Positions 1-12,460 of a stretch of DNA of 64,000 nucleotides are shown here, piece by piece. A program made the translations under genes and the position numbers. The stretch lies in contig JAHEKE010000002.1 in assembly GCA_024638505.1 (NCBI GenBank), positions 31,006 to 95,005 on the forward strand, written 5' to 3'. The notes beneath the pieces were generated by a model. That model was not told the DNA's origin. It saw only the letters and a list, made by a program, of their open reading frames with translations, and searched no databases. The DNA comes from Gammaproteobacteria bacterium. GTDB lineage: Bacteria; Pseudomonadota; Gammaproteobacteria; Arenicellales; JAANXG01. Position 1 is the stretch's first letter; each line of letters starts with the position of its first letter.

Positions 1-832
1 GGACAGTGTTAAGACAATAAAACGGATGGACCATGCTGGGGAGCCCGGACCCGTGGTAGTGCAAATCGCTGGCGCGGAACCGGAGTCGATGGTGCAGGCA
101 GCTCGATTCAATGTTGAGCGCGGCGCCGAAATAATCGATATAAACATGGGATGCCCGGCGAAGAAAGTGTGTCGTAAGCTTGCAGGGTCGGCTTTATTAA
201 AGGATGAAAAAAGGGTCGTTGAGATTCTGCGTGCAGTAGTGCGTGCCGTGACTGTGCCGGTGACCTTGAAAATCCGCACGGGTACGGATACGCATAACCG
301 CAATGGAGTTGGCATAGCGAAACTGGCTGAGGCCTGCGGTATAAGCGCGATTGCGGTACATGGTCGTACTCGAGCGTGCAAGTTCCACGGAGCAGTGGAA
401 TATGAAACCATCGGGAGGATAAAACAATCGGTATCCATTCCGGTTATTGCAAATGGGGACGTCGACAGTCCGCAAAAGGCACAATATGTTCTAACGAAAA
501 CAGGGGCAGATGCTGTTATGGTCGGACGTGCAGCACAAGGTAAACCATGGTTGTTCAAGCAGATTGAAGAATATCTGCAAAAAGGCACTTTGGTGACACC
601 AACTTTAAAGCAGCAAAACGATACAATGCTGCGACATCTGAAGAATTTGTACGACTTTTACGATCACCGTACTGGCGTGCGGGTCGCACGCAAACATATC
701 TGTTGGTATGTGAAAGCCAGGAAAAACGGGGAGCGCTTATGGCATGCAGTTAAACGAGTTGAAGACGCTGAATTGCAGTACCAGATGGTAGAAGAGTTTT
801 TCGCAGGCGAAATGGATGTGTATGCGCCATGA
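1..832 (+). CDS. dusB: tRNA-dihydrouridine synthase B, 5'-truncated by the window edge
   Basis: The frame is open from nt 2. The translation ...VVVQIAGAEPESMVQAARFNVERGAEIIDINMGCPAKKV...VTLKIRTG...HGRTRACKF...IPVIANGD aligns with E. coli DusB as I recall it. The stop overlaps the fis start (ATGA), as in the classic dusB-fis operon. Confidence 0.95.
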   Translation, partial: DSVKTIKRMDHAGEPGPVVVQIAGAEPESMVQAARFNVERGAEIIDINMGCPAKKVCRKLAGSALLKDEKRVVEILRAVVRAVTVPVTLKIRTGTDTHNRNGVGIAKLAEACGISAIAVHGRTRACKFHGAVEYETIGRIKQSVSIPVIANGDVDSPQKAQYVLTKTGADAVMVGRAAQGKPWLFKQIEEYLQKGTLVTPTLKQQNDTMLRHLKNLYDFYDHRTGVRVARKHICWYVKARKNGERLWHAVKRVEDAELQYQMVEEFFAGEMDVYAP

Positions 833-1092
833 ACAAGAAAAAGAAAAATGATCCGTTAAACCGTAAAGATCCATTGTGCAGATGTGTTCGGCGCTCACTT
901 AAGCGTTATTTCAAGGATATGAATGGCGAGGAGCCAACCAACTTGTATCAAATGGTGATAAGTGAAATAGAAAAACCTCTGCTGGAAATTGTTATGCAGG
1001 AGTCTGAGAGCAACCAGACGAGGGCTTCCAAGGTTCTGGGGATAAACAGAAATACGTTACGCAAAAAGCTCAGGCAGCACCAGTTGGAATAG
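829..1092 (+). CDS. fis: DNA-binding protein Fis
   Basis: 87 aa. C-terminal HTH QTRASKVLGINRNTLRKKLRQHQL. Translationally coupled to dusB. Confidence 0.95.
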   Translation: MNKKKKNDPLNRKDPLCRCVRRSLKRYFKDMNGEEPTNLYQMVISEIEKPLLEIVMQESESNQTRASKVLGINRNTLRKKLRQHQLE

Positions 1093-1172
1093 GCCTGGTT
1101 GCGCAGCATCTTTTATAGTTGTTCAACGCTTTTCCATTCATTAGCTGCCCGAACCCGACTTGCTGCGAAGCC

Positions 1173-2744
1173 ATGAATCCCGACAGAGTTAAAATAAATC
1201 GCGCTCTGATCAGCGTGTCAGACAAAACCTCAATTGTTGAGTTCGCGACTGGCCTCAATGAGGCTGGCATTAAAATATTCTCCACCGGGGGTACGGCTCA
1301 GCTGCTGAGAGACGAGTGCGTATCGGTCAAGGACGTTTCCGAACTGACGGGATTTCCGGAAATAATGGATGGGCGAGTGAAAACTCTACATCCGGTTATA
1401 CATGGCGGCATTCTCGGTCGACGGGGCCAGGATGAGTCTGTAATGGCGGCACAGGGCATCCTGCCTATCGATTTGGTAGTAGTGAATCTGTATCCGTTCG
1501 AACAAGTCACTTCTCGGGCCAGCTGCGATCTGCCCACAGCCATCGAAAACATTGATATTGGCGGTCCCACTATGCTGCGCGCTGCGGCCAAAAACTACAG
1601 AGACGTTGGCATCATTGTCGACAATGCCGAATATGAGCACGTCCTGGCGCAGATCAGGGAGTTCGATGGTATCGATCTTGCAACTCGATATCGGCTGGCG
1701 GTAAAGGCGTTTGAGCATAGCGCAGGCTACGATGCCGCGATTGCCAACTATTTGGGCGCCATTGATAGTGCTGGTGAAAAGCATGAGTTTGGTAGCACGG
1801 TAAATATGCAGTTTAGAAAAGTGCAAACCCTCCGCTACGGGGAAAACCCTCACCAAAGGGCCGCATTCTATATTGAGCACAGACCGGAACCGGGGAGTAT
1901 AGCCAGCGCGACACAGGTACAGGGCAAGGAGCTGTCTTACAATAACATTGCAGACACTGACGCTGCGTTAGAGTGTGTAAAACAGTTTGAACAGCCCTCA
2001 TGCGTCATCGTGAAACATGCGAATCCTTGCGGCGTTGCGACTTCAACTACTGCCTTGGACGCGTATAGACGGGCCTTTACCACCGATCCAGAATCTGCCT
2101 TTGGCGGCATCATTGCGTTTAATAGCTCGCTGAGCGCAGAAACTGTTGTTGAGGTTCTTCACCGGCAGTTCGTTGAAGTTATTGTTGCGCCCGTAATAGA
2201 ACCCGGCGCGGTCGAAGCACTGTCGTTGAAAAAGAATGTGCGCGTGCTTGAGTGTGCTTCACAGCAGAGCACTGCGGATTTAAAGTATATGGACTTTAAG
2301 CGAGTGCGAGGTGGATTATTGCTGCAAGACGCTGATCTGGCGCTGCATGGTGAGATTGTACACGTGACTGAACGCCGGGCGAGTAAAGAACAAATGGAAG
2401 ATATGTTGTTCGCTTGGCGCGTTGCGAAGTTTGTTAAATCCAACGCCATTGTATATGTCAAAGATCAAATGACGATCGGCGTGGGAGCAGGCCAAATGAG
2501 TCGGGTAAACTCGGCTCGTATCGCGGCAATCAAGGCTGAGCAAGCTGGCATGAAAGTCAGCGGCTCAGTCATGGCATCGGATGCCTTTTTTCCGTTTCGT
2601 GACGCTATAGATACAGCGGCGGAGGCGGGTATTAGCGCAATCATTCAACCAGGTGGATCGATGCGTGATGAAGAAGTAATAGCCGCATGTGACGAACACG
2701 GCATTGCGATGGTGCTCACTGGCATGCGGCATTTCAGACATTGA
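1173..2744 (+). CDS. purH: bifunctional AICAR formyltransferase / IMP cyclohydrolase
   Basis: ALISVSDKT...GGTA...[14 protein letters not shown]...NLYPF...[14 protein letters not shown]...MRHFRH. I prefer the ATG at 1173 ([15 protein letters not shown]) over the ORF-track start at 1119. Confidence 0.97.
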   Translation: MNPDRVKINRALISVSDKTSIVEFATGLNEAGIKIFSTGGTAQLLRDECVSVKDVSELTGFPEIMDGRVKTLHPVIHGGILGRRGQDESVMAAQGILPIDLVVVNLYPFEQVTSRASCDLPTAIENIDIGGPTMLRAAAKNYRDVGIIVDNAEYEHVLAQIREFDGIDLATRYRLAVKAFEHSAGYDAAIANYLGAIDSAGEKHEFGSTVNMQFRKVQTLRYGENPHQRAAFYIEHRPEPGSIASATQVQGKELSYNNIADTDAALECVKQFEQPSCVIVKHANPCGVATSTTALDAYRRAFTTDPESAFGGIIAFNSSLSAETVVEVLHRQFVEVIVAPVIEPGAVEALSLKKNVRVLECASQQSTADLKYMDFKRVRGGLLLQDADLALHGEIVHVTERRASKEQMEDMLFAWRVAKFVKSNAIVYVKDQMTIGVGAGQMSRVNSARIAAIKAEQAGMKVSGSVMASDAFFPFRDAIDTAAEAGISAIIQPGGSMRDEEVIAACDEHGIAMVLTGMRHFRH

Positions 2745-2818
2745 GCTGCGGTGCGACGAAAAACCAAGGCGATGAATTGAACGCAAAACTACTCTGTAAA
2801 GCTCTTTATCTATTCTAA

Positions 2819-4108
2819 ATGAAAGTGTTGATAGTTGGCGGTGGTGGCAGGGAGCACGCCTTGGCATGGAAGGCGGCGCAGTCAAAGCTGGTTGAGCAGG
2901 TATTCGTTGCTCCCGGCAACGCCGGTACGGAGACCGAACATAAAGTGTCCAACGTGGATATCGGCGCTGAGGCTATCGACAAGTTGATCTCTTTTGCCCG
3001 TTCAAATCTTATCGATTTGACCATTGTCGGGCCTGAAGCTCCGCTGGTGGCAGGTATCGTTGATCGTTTTACGCATGCAGGATTAAGCTGTTTCGGACCA
3101 AACAAAGCGGCAGCCCAGCTAGAGGGATCCAAATCGTTCGCCAAAGACTTTTTACAGAGAAACGATATTCCCACCGCGAGCTATCAATGCTTTACCGATC
3201 TTGGCTCTGCGCAGCGCTATATCGAACAGCACGGAGCACCGGTTGTAGTTAAGGCTGACGGTCTGGCGGCAGGCAAGGGAGTGACGCTTGCTGCTGACGA
3301 GGGGCAGGCGATCGATGCAGTTAATGAATGCTTGCGAGGTCGCTTCGGTGCGGCTGGTAACAAGGTCGTTGTTGAAGAATTCCTTAAAGGAGAAGAGGCC
3401 AGCTTCACGTGTATGGTAGACGGCAAACATATCGTTCCCCTGGCCAGTTCGCAGGACCATAAAGCAAGAGACAATCGAGATCGGGGACCAAACACGGGAG
3501 GCATGGGAGCTTACTCGCCGGCGCCGGTGGTAACTCCTGAAGTGCATCATAGGATAATGCGAGAGGTTATAGAACCTACCGTGGCAGGCCTCGCTGAGGA
3601 GGGAATGCCGTACACGGGGTTTCTCTATGCCGGCCTGATGATTCTGCAAGACGGATCGGTGCGAGTGCTTGAATACAACTGTCGCCTCGGTGATCCAGAG
3701 ACGCAGCCAATACTAATGCGTCTTAACTCAGATTTAGTCGAGCTGTGTAACAGGGCAGTTGGAGGCGGCTTAGCACAAGCGCAGATAGAATGGGATCCGC
3801 GCGTTGCGCTGGGCGTGGTGATGGTAGCGTCTGGTTATCCTGAGGTATATTCTAAAGGTAACGTCATCACTGGATTGGATGAGGCGGAATCTGTTAGCGT
3901 CAAAATTTTTCACGCCGGTACTAAATTACAGGGCAAGAATCTACTGACCGATGGTGGTCGCGTTCTGTGTGTCACCGCTTTGGCTGATGACACTTATAAA
4001 GCGCAGGAATTAGCTTACACCGCTGTTGGCCATATTCGCTGGGACGGCGTGTACTATCGTACCGATATCGGTTACCGGGCGATCAATCGAGAAGGAGATA
4101 GAACTTGA
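2819..4108 (+). CDS. purD: phosphoribosylamine--glycine ligase
   Basis: MKVLIVGGGGREHALAWK..., ATP-grasp core VVKADGLAAGKGV, C-terminal GGRVLCVTA. The purH-purD order is typical of gammaproteobacteria. Confidence 0.97.
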   Translation: MKVLIVGGGGREHALAWKAAQSKLVEQVFVAPGNAGTETEHKVSNVDIGAEAIDKLISFARSNLIDLTIVGPEAPLVAGIVDRFTHAGLSCFGPNKAAAQLEGSKSFAKDFLQRNDIPTASYQCFTDLGSAQRYIEQHGAPVVVKADGLAAGKGVTLAADEGQAIDAVNECLRGRFGAAGNKVVVEEFLKGEEASFTCMVDGKHIVPLASSQDHKARDNRDRGPNTGGMGAYSPAPVVTPEVHHRIMREVIEPTVAGLAEEGMPYTGFLYAGLMILQDGSVRVLEYNCRLGDPETQPILMRLNSDLVELCNRAVGGGLAQAQIEWDPRVALGVVMVASGYPEVYSKGNVITGLDEAESVSVKIFHAGTKLQGKNLLTDGGRVLCVTALADDTYKAQELAYTAVGHIRWDGVYYRTDIGYRAINREGDRT

Positions 4109-4204
4109 TACGCTCAGAGTAAGATTTAAAGCGAAAATTAACAAACTTTATGCATTCTCGATCGAGACTTTTCTTTTACCTTTTCTTTGGTTCAAATTAA
4201 AAAC

Positions 4205-4705
4205 ATGACTAATTATTTTGTAGCCGTATTAATGGGTTCCGACTCCGATCTTGGCACGATGCAGTCAACCTTGGATACGCTGACCGGCTTGAGCATTCCG
4301 TGGGAAGTAAAGATCACGTCAGCCCACCGTACTCCAGATGTTACCCATGAATATGTGAAAGACGCTGATAAAAGGGGCTGTGCAGTTTTTATTGCAGCAG
4401 CCGGTTTGGCCGCTCATCTTGCCGGTGCCGTAGCGGCATTGACATTAAAACCTGTAATCGGAGTGCCTATGGAAGCTGGGCCGTTGAGCGGGCAGGATGC
4501 ACTGCTTTCGACGGTGCAGATGCCTGGAGGTGTTCCCGTGGCTTGTGTGGCAATTGGAAAAGCCGGGGCAAAGAACGCGGCTTATCTGGCAGCGCAGATC
4601 ATAGGTCTGTTAGACGCCGGTGTGAGTGAGCGACTGGCGCGAGACCGACAAGCAGGCGCGCAAGGTGTTCTGCAAAAAGACCAGGAACTTCAGCGTACAC
4701 TATAG
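4205..4705 (+). CDS. purE: N5-carboxyaminoimidazole ribonucleotide mutase (PurE)
   Basis: [10 protein letters not shown]...SAHRTPD...[11 protein letters not shown]...PVIGVP...[22 protein letters not shown]. The ATG at 4205 is preferred to the TTG at 4187. No purK is adjacent. Confidence 0.93.
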   Translation: MTNYFVAVLMGSDSDLGTMQSTLDTLTGLSIPWEVKITSAHRTPDVTHEYVKDADKRGCAVFIAAAGLAAHLAGAVAALTLKPVIGVPMEAGPLSGQDALLSTVQMPGGVPVACVAIGKAGAKNAAYLAAQIIGLLDAGVSERLARDRQAGAQGVLQKDQELQRTL

Positions 4706-4737
4706 CGACCGGCTTGTTCCTGTGACCGATGCGGTAG

Positions 4738-5292
4738 ATGAATATTGCCGATATAAGAACAGCGGCTGAGATCATCCGTTCAGGAGGAGTTGTCGCCTAC
4801 CCGACCGAATCATGCTACGGACTGGGCTGTCACCCCGGACACCATCATGCGATCCAGCGCTTGTTGGACATCAAACGACGACACTGGCGGCAGGGACTGA
4901 TTCTAATTGCCGCACGCTTACAGCAGCTTAAGAAGTATATCGACTGCGATCAAAAACAGGCGCTGAAACGGGCAGTCGATGCCTGGCCTGGGCCCTATAC
5001 GTGGCTCATGCCATGTCGCCCCCGGGTGTCGGAATGGATAACGGGCCAGCATCGCAGTATAGCGGTGCGTGTCACCGCTCATCGCGGCGCCGCGGCTCTG
5101 TGTAACTATTCTCGACTTGCTTTGATCTCGACCAGCGCCAATCGTCACGGTCGACCTGCCGCGAGGTCAGCCAAAGCGGTTCGCCGCGAGTTTGGCGATG
5201 AACTGGATTATGTGCTGGTGGGAAATTTGGGTAAACAGCAAAAACCAAGTCAGATTAGGGATGCAGTAACGAATCAAATCTTAAGATATTGA
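4738..5292 (+). CDS. tsaC: L-threonylcarbamoyladenylate synthase, YrdC/TsaC type
   Basis: 184 aa. GGVVAYPTESCYGLGC...KRRHWRQGLILI...STSANRHGRP is the YrdC/Sua5-domain pattern. Confidence 0.85.
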   Translation: MNIADIRTAAEIIRSGGVVAYPTESCYGLGCHPGHHHAIQRLLDIKRRHWRQGLILIAARLQQLKKYIDCDQKQALKRAVDAWPGPYTWLMPCRPRVSEWITGQHRSIAVRVTAHRGAAALCNYSRLALISTSANRHGRPAARSAKAVRREFGDELDYVLVGNLGKQQKPSQIRDAVTNQILRY

Positions 5293-5418
5293 TAACGACG
5301 AATTTGTAAAAAAGGAGGCAAAAAACAATCTTCGGCGCCCTTTTTTGTACTATTACCTTAATGGCTTGAATTACTAGACGTTCATTTGCTGACCCAAGGT
5401 TTGCTTGTAAATGCCGCT

Positions 5419-6342
5419 ATGCCTGATATCGATGCCGTAAGAAGCTATCTCCTTAGTCTGCAGCAAAACATCTGTGGCGTGTTGGAAAACGAGGACGGCG
5501 ATGCTCGTTTCCGTGAAGAAAAGTGGTCCTACCAACATGGTGGCGGTGGGATCACACGGGTATTGAGCGACGGGGCCGTGATAGAGCAAGGAGGAGTAAA
5601 TTTTTCCAACATCAGGGGATCTGAGCTTCCAGCCGGTGCGACGGCGCGGCGCCCGGAGCTGGTGGGGCAGGAGTTTGAGGTGCTAGGTGTCTCCTTGGTA
5701 ATCCATCCAAGCAATCCGTATCTGCCAACGTCCCATATGAATGTTAGATTCTTTATGGCAGGCGGGGGTGGAGAAATACCGCCGACCTGGTGGTTCGGCG
5801 GAGGGTACGATCTTACGCCGTTCTATCCGTTTCAGGAGGACGTAATCCACTGGCACCAGGTTGCTTTTGATGCGTGTAAGGAATTTGGCAACGAGGTATA
5901 CCCTCGATACAAGAAGTGGTGCGATGAATACTTCTACCTAAAGCACCGAGACGAAACGCGTGGCGTTGGCGGCCTTTTTTTTGATGATGTTAATCAGTGG
6001 GATTTTGATACGTGTTTTCGTTTTCTGCGCAGGGTTGGCGATAGCTATGCTGATGCCTATTTGCCTATCATCAAAAAAAGAAAGCACTTGCGCTATGGTG
6101 AGCGCGAGCGGGACTGGCAACTTTACCGCAGGGGCAGATATGTAGAATTCAATCTGGTATACGATCGTGGCACATTGTTTGGTTTACAGTCAGGAGGACG
6201 TACAGAGTCCATTTTGATGTCACTGCCGCCGAGAGTAATCTGGCGTTATAACTACCAGCCTGAACAGGGAAGCCGTGAGGCCAACTTGGTCGAAAATTAC
6301 CTTGGCGCACGTGATTGGCTAAATTTAGAGAGAAAAGTTTAA
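5419..6342 (+). CDS. hemF: oxygen-dependent coproporphyrinogen-III oxidase
   Basis: [18 protein letters not shown]...[16 protein letters not shown]...[11 protein letters not shown]...[21 protein letters not shown]. The ATG at 5419 is preferred to the TTG at 5386. Confidence 0.95.
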   Translation: MPDIDAVRSYLLSLQQNICGVLENEDGDARFREEKWSYQHGGGGITRVLSDGAVIEQGGVNFSNIRGSELPAGATARRPELVGQEFEVLGVSLVIHPSNPYLPTSHMNVRFFMAGGGGEIPPTWWFGGGYDLTPFYPFQEDVIHWHQVAFDACKEFGNEVYPRYKKWCDEYFYLKHRDETRGVGGLFFDDVNQWDFDTCFRFLRRVGDSYADAYLPIIKKRKHLRYGERERDWQLYRRGRYVEFNLVYDRGTLFGLQSGGRTESILMSLPPRVIWRYNYQPEQGSREANLVENYLGARDWLNLERKV

Positions 6343-6409
6343 CTAACAAAAGTTAAAAAAGAGCCAACAGAAAAACATATTTAGATTTAGTATTTGAATC
6401 TTAGTCACG

Positions 6410-7687
6410 TTGAAATATTTCTACACGCCGTTACTCTATCTTTTTCTGCCAATACTGTTGGTCCGTCTGTTTATTCGAGGTTTTAAGAACCCCGCGTACT
6501 GGCACAGGTGGGGCGAGCGCTTCGGGTTTGTTGACCTTGAAACACCGGTGCATATCTGGGTGCACGCAGTGTCCGTTGGTGAGGCGCGCGCAGCAGCACC
6601 GCTGATCAATCATCTATTAACTGATCCCCGGCTGAAGATAATGGTCACAACAATGACGCCTACGGGATCTGATGAGGTGGCGAGATTGTTTGCACAGAAA
6701 GTTGTCCACCGCTACGCTCCCTATGATTATCCCGGGGCCGTTGCTCGCTTCGTACGATCCGCCAGTCCGCGGGTAGTCATGATCATGGAAACGGAAATAT
6801 GGCCCAATACTATCAGCTACTGTAATGCCCACGGGATACCGGTTTTGTTCGCCAATATGCGTCTTTCAGCCAGATCCTTTGAAAGATACAGAAAAATAAA
6901 AGGAATGATGCGGACGGTACTGAGTCAGGTTGAATGTTTCGCGGTGCAAAGTCCGTCAGACGCGCAGCGACTGCAAGAGCTGGGCGCAGCACCACAGGCT
7001 GTGCACGTGACAGGCAGCATTAAGTTTGAAGTCCGTATTCCTGCGAGCCTGAATGAAGTTGCTCAAGTGTTACGTCGAGACTGGGGTCAAGAGCGGCCGG
7101 TATGGATCGCTGGCAGTACCCATGAAGGCGAAGACGAGTGGATAATCGAGGTGTATACCGAACTCAAAAAGGCGCATCAAGATCTGCTCCTGGTGCTGGT
7201 CCCAAGGCACCCGGAGAGGTTTCCCCCCGTGACCAAGCTCTTGCGAAAAACTGCGTTTCACATCGAGTGCCGCAGCGCGGCGAAGCGTGATTTATCCAAA
7301 ACAGATATATACATTGGCGATACCATGGGAGAACTTACGCTGTTGTATGCTGCGTCGGATATAGCATTTGTAGGGGGCAGTCTGGTGCCACATGGCGGTC
7401 ATAATGTTCTGGAGCCCTGCGCGCTCGGTGTGCCAGTTGTGTTCGGACCGCACATGCACAATTTCCTTGAAATAAGCCGGTTGACGCAGGACCGGGGTGC
7501 CGGCATACAGGTCGGGGACAAGCATGAATTGCGAAAAGCGGTTACTACCCTATTGAGCGATCCCAATCTGCGCTTCAAAATGGGCGAAGCCGGTAAAATG
7601 CTTATCAAGGAAAACAAAGGCGCGCTGGAGCGGACGCTGGCTCTGTTCTCTGATCAGATAAATCGGCTGCAGGTGGAAAACAGCTGA
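6410..7687 (+). CDS. waaA: 3-deoxy-D-manno-octulosonic acid (Kdo) transferase
   Basis: N-terminus YTPLLYLFLPILLVRL...YWHRWGERFGF...WVHAVSVGE resembles E. coli WaaA. C-terminal glycosyltransferase GGSLVPHGGHNVLEP. TTG start. Confidence 0.9.
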   Translation: MKYFYTPLLYLFLPILLVRLFIRGFKNPAYWHRWGERFGFVDLETPVHIWVHAVSVGEARAAAPLINHLLTDPRLKIMVTTMTPTGSDEVARLFAQKVVHRYAPYDYPGAVARFVRSASPRVVMIMETEIWPNTISYCNAHGIPVLFANMRLSARSFERYRKIKGMMRTVLSQVECFAVQSPSDAQRLQELGAAPQAVHVTGSIKFEVRIPASLNEVAQVLRRDWGQERPVWIAGSTHEGEDEWIIEVYTELKKAHQDLLLVLVPRHPERFPPVTKLLRKTAFHIECRSAAKRDLSKTDIYIGDTMGELTLLYAASDIAFVGGSLVPHGGHNVLEPCALGVPVVFGPHMHNFLEISRLTQDRGAGIQVGDKHELRKAVTTLLSDPNLRFKMGEAGKMLIKENKGALERTLALFSDQINRLQVENS

Positions 7688-7700
7688 GCTGACGCCCGGT

Positions 7701-8156
7701 TCAGTGAATGGTTCTGTCTTCTTTTTCTTCCATCTCATTCTGCTCACTCTCCATCGCATCCGACCGCGGCTCCGCCGCCGGGGAGGCGTGATGCAGGATG
7801 ATGCGCCACCCGTCGGCCGTACGACGATAGGCGTTTGTCGCCATAACGGAAAACCTAGGGTTGGCAACACCGCTGACGTGGATATTCTCGCTAACGAAGT
7901 GAATGGCCAACTCTCCGCTGCTTATTGTGTTGATTTCGCTGATGTTGAATCGCAGCCGGGGAGCGTGCTCTAAGATCTGCTGCCAGCCGTCCCGAATTGC
8001 TTGATAGCCCTGCAAACGTGGACCATGGGGATGAATGCAAACAATGTCGCTATCATCAGACCAGACCGCCATCATCGCTTCAAGGTCGCCGCTTTCAAAG
8101 GCAGAATAGAAAGCCGCTTCCGCCTGGTCGGGTGTGAGTAGGTTTAATCTGTTCAT
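7701..8156 (-). CDS. SnoaL/NTF2-like (DUF4440-type) protein with an acidic tail
   Basis: 151 aa. The pattern AFYSAFESGDLEAMMAVWSDD...GWQQI...WRIILHH is typical of NTF2-like small proteins. The start overlaps the tolC stop by 4 nt. Confidence 0.6.
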   Translation of the reverse strand: MNRLNLLTPDQAEAAFYSAFESGDLEAMMAVWSDDSDIVCIHPHGPRLQGYQAIRDGWQQILEHAPRLRFNISEINTISSGELAIHFVSENIHVSGVANPRFSVMATNAYRRTADGWRIILHHASPAAEPRSDAMESEQNEMEEKEDRTIH

Positions 8157-9499
8157 TGCAGCCAGCTATTTACCTGGATGATGTCTTCTTCGTTCAGATC
8201 TCCAACCACCTGCTCTAAGTCTAACCTGTTCAGTATGTAGTCATAGCGGCTTCTCAGGTAGTCTCTCTGCGCGCGGAATAGATCTCGTTGGGCATTCAAT
8301 ACGTCGATGTTGGTCTCTAAGCCCGCCTTGAATCCCTCTTGTTTCGCTTCCAACGCCCGCTCACTGGCGAGCACCGCCTGTTGGAAGGCTTTGACCTGCC
8401 TGATCCTGGTGGTCGTATTGAGGAAGGAGGCGCGCGCTACGCGCGCAGCAGAACGGCGCGCACTCTCAACTCTTTCTTGCGACGCGATGTATCGGAAGCC
8501 CGCTTCTTTTGTTCTTGACACTACGGCTCCTCCCTCTAGTATCGGTAACGATAGTTGCACCAGGGCGTCGGTGGCCTCTCGCTTTATTCTCGGTCCAGAA
8601 ATACTGCCGTCATTATCCACTACCCCATGTCCCACGATGAAATCTAAAGTTGGTAAATGTCCTGCCCGCTGTCTTTTGATTTCCTGCAGCGCGAACTCTT
8701 CCTCTTTCATTCGCACCGCCAACTCGAGGTTGTTTGCAAGCGCACGATTTACCCATATCTCTTTGTCGTTTGGTTCTGGAAAAAGCAGAGGTGTATCAGG
8801 CTTAAGTCTCTCTAGGGCTGTGGTTGGAACATGGCCTATCAGCTCCGCCAGAGCTTGATTGGTATTCTCTAGAATGGTGTGGGCGTCTATCTCTTCTGCC
8901 TCTGCGATGCTGAACCTGGCCTGCGCGTCAAACAGATCAGTGGTAGTTCCCAGCCCAACCTGCAAGCGCTCATCCGCCAGCTCCAGCTGTCTTTGCAGCG
9001 TTTTACGATTCGCTATTGTGAGGTCGACATTGTCCTGCGCAGCCAGGACGCCAAAGTATTCAACTACTACCCGAACAATCAGTTCCTGCTGGGCGATGGC
9101 AAACTCAAGATCAGACTGCTCGGCCCTTACTTTAGCCTGCTGATAGCCGAGGAATTTACTCCGATCATAGAGGGTCTGGCTAAATGACAAACCGTACTCT
9201 TCACTGTTAAAAGCGGCGTCACCCTCTGCACTGAAACCAGCCCCTCCCGTTAAAGCGTCTCTCTTTCGCCCAGTGGCAGCGTCGATGGACAGAGCCGGCA
9301 ACAGCTGGCTACGGGCGGTAGTGGGAGTTTGCTTCTGCGCCTGAAATATTGCCTGATCCGCCCTGAAACGGGCATCGTTTTTCTGTGCCAGCTCGAAAAT
9401 GGAAAGAATGTCGGCCGCAAACGCAGCATCAATGGCCAACAACGCGAAACCGCTCAGAAGCAGAGATGACAAGCGCTTTTTCATCTTTTTCACTTTCAA
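8153..9499 (-). CDS. tolC: TolC-family outer membrane efflux channel
   Basis: 448 aa. Signal peptide (LLLSGFALLAIDAAFA). Two coiled-coil/beta repeats with the typical ...L.A....DN.DL..A...YD..K... pattern. The thiC-proximal position matches other gammaproteobacteria. Confidence 0.85.
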   Translation of the reverse strand: MKVKKMKKRLSSLLLSGFALLAIDAAFAADILSIFELAQKNDARFRADQAIFQAQKQTPTTARSQLLPALSIDAATGRKRDALTGGAGFSAEGDAAFNSEEYGLSFSQTLYDRSKFLGYQQAKVRAEQSDLEFAIAQQELIVRVVVEYFGVLAAQDNVDLTIANRKTLQRQLELADERLQVGLGTTTDLFDAQARFSIAEAEEIDAHTILENTNQALAELIGHVPTTALERLKPDTPLLFPEPNDKEIWVNRALANNLELAVRMKEEEFALQEIKRQRAGHLPTLDFIVGHGVVDNDGSISGPRIKREATDALVQLSLPILEGGAVVSRTKEAGFRYIASQERVESARRSAARVARASFLNTTTRIRQVKAFQQAVLASERALEAKQEGFKAGLETNIDVLNAQRDLFRAQRDYLRSRYDYILNRLDLEQVVGDLNEEDIIQVNSWLQ

Positions 9500-9558
9500 A
9501 GCTTACACCTCGCGACTACTGCCGATGTTTAGACGGGAAGGACGAGAAATTAGTGTAG

Positions 9559-10212
9559 CTAAAACACAAACGCGGGGGGAGTTTTAGCATTGAGCAGGGA
9601 TGGCAGGCTCGTTTCGAACAGCGATATTCGCTCTATCAAGCCGTCTTTCCTTTTTACGATCAACAGTGCCTCCATAGCCGGATCTTGCCCTACTATCGCA
9701 ACAAGCCGACCATTCGGGCGCAGATTTTCAGAGAAACTTTCGGCCAGAATAGGGACTGAACCGGTCAACATGATGACGTCATATGGCCCATCACCATCCC
9801 ACCCGTTGGCCGCATCACCCTCATAAAAATTAACATTGTATAAGGCATGATCGGCCAATTTTTTCTTAGCCAACTCTAAAAAATCGGGGAAAACGTCAAC
9901 TGTATCAACCTCCTGCGCTAACGATGCGAGCAGGGCGGTCATGTATCCGCTGCCGGTGCCGATTTCCAGAACACGATCCGTTGCCGTTACAGCCGCCTCC
10001 TGCAGCAGGCGTGCTTCCTGCTTAGGCTGCATCATTACTTGCCCATGGTCCAGCGCAACATGCGTGTCGACGAACGCCAGCACTCGCTGCTCGGCGGGGA
10101 CAAAGTCCTCCCGTGGGACGGTGGGAAGCAACTCCAGTACCCGTGGATCCAGTACCTCCCACGTTCTGATCTGTTGCTCAATCATATTGAATCGGGCCTG
10201 CTCGATGTTCAT
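9559..10212 (-). CDS. protein-L-isoaspartate O-methyltransferase-family (Pcm-like) methyltransferase
   Basis: 217 aa. SAM motif VLEIGTGSGYMTALLA plus PYDVIMLTGSVP. Sits directly upstream of tolC on the same strand. Confidence 0.7.
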   Translation of the reverse strand: MNIEQARFNMIEQQIRTWEVLDPRVLELLPTVPREDFVPAEQRVLAFVDTHVALDHGQVMMQPKQEARLLQEAAVTATDRVLEIGTGSGYMTALLASLAQEVDTVDVFPDFLELAKKKLADHALYNVNFYEGDAANGWDGDGPYDVIMLTGSVPILAESFSENLRPNGRLVAIVGQDPAMEALLIVKRKDGLIERISLFETSLPSLLNAKTPPAFVF

Positions 10213-10308
10213 AGGTTCTTCATGGAATAATCGAGTATCATCCGAGAAAGGTTAAGCCCTTTGCTGCCTTGGTGCAACCGAAGGGCGTTATACTCTAACC
10301 CCAACTAA

Positions 10309-12231
<1,923 letters not shown>

Positions 12232-12460
12232 CGGAACCGGCCGTTAAGGGGTTGCCGCGGTGCTTGCTCGACTAGGTTTTGGTGAGGCGCGGAAAGGCGG
12301 GTTTCGGCGTTCAGCGAGTCATTTGTTTGAATACTTCGATACGTCAGATTGTCAGGCAGTCAGGGTCTATTACACGCGTTTTACTGTCTGACGTCTGTCG
12401 TATTGTTCATACACCATACACCCGGGAATATCGATTTGCGCGCTCGGAGCTTAATGGTGA

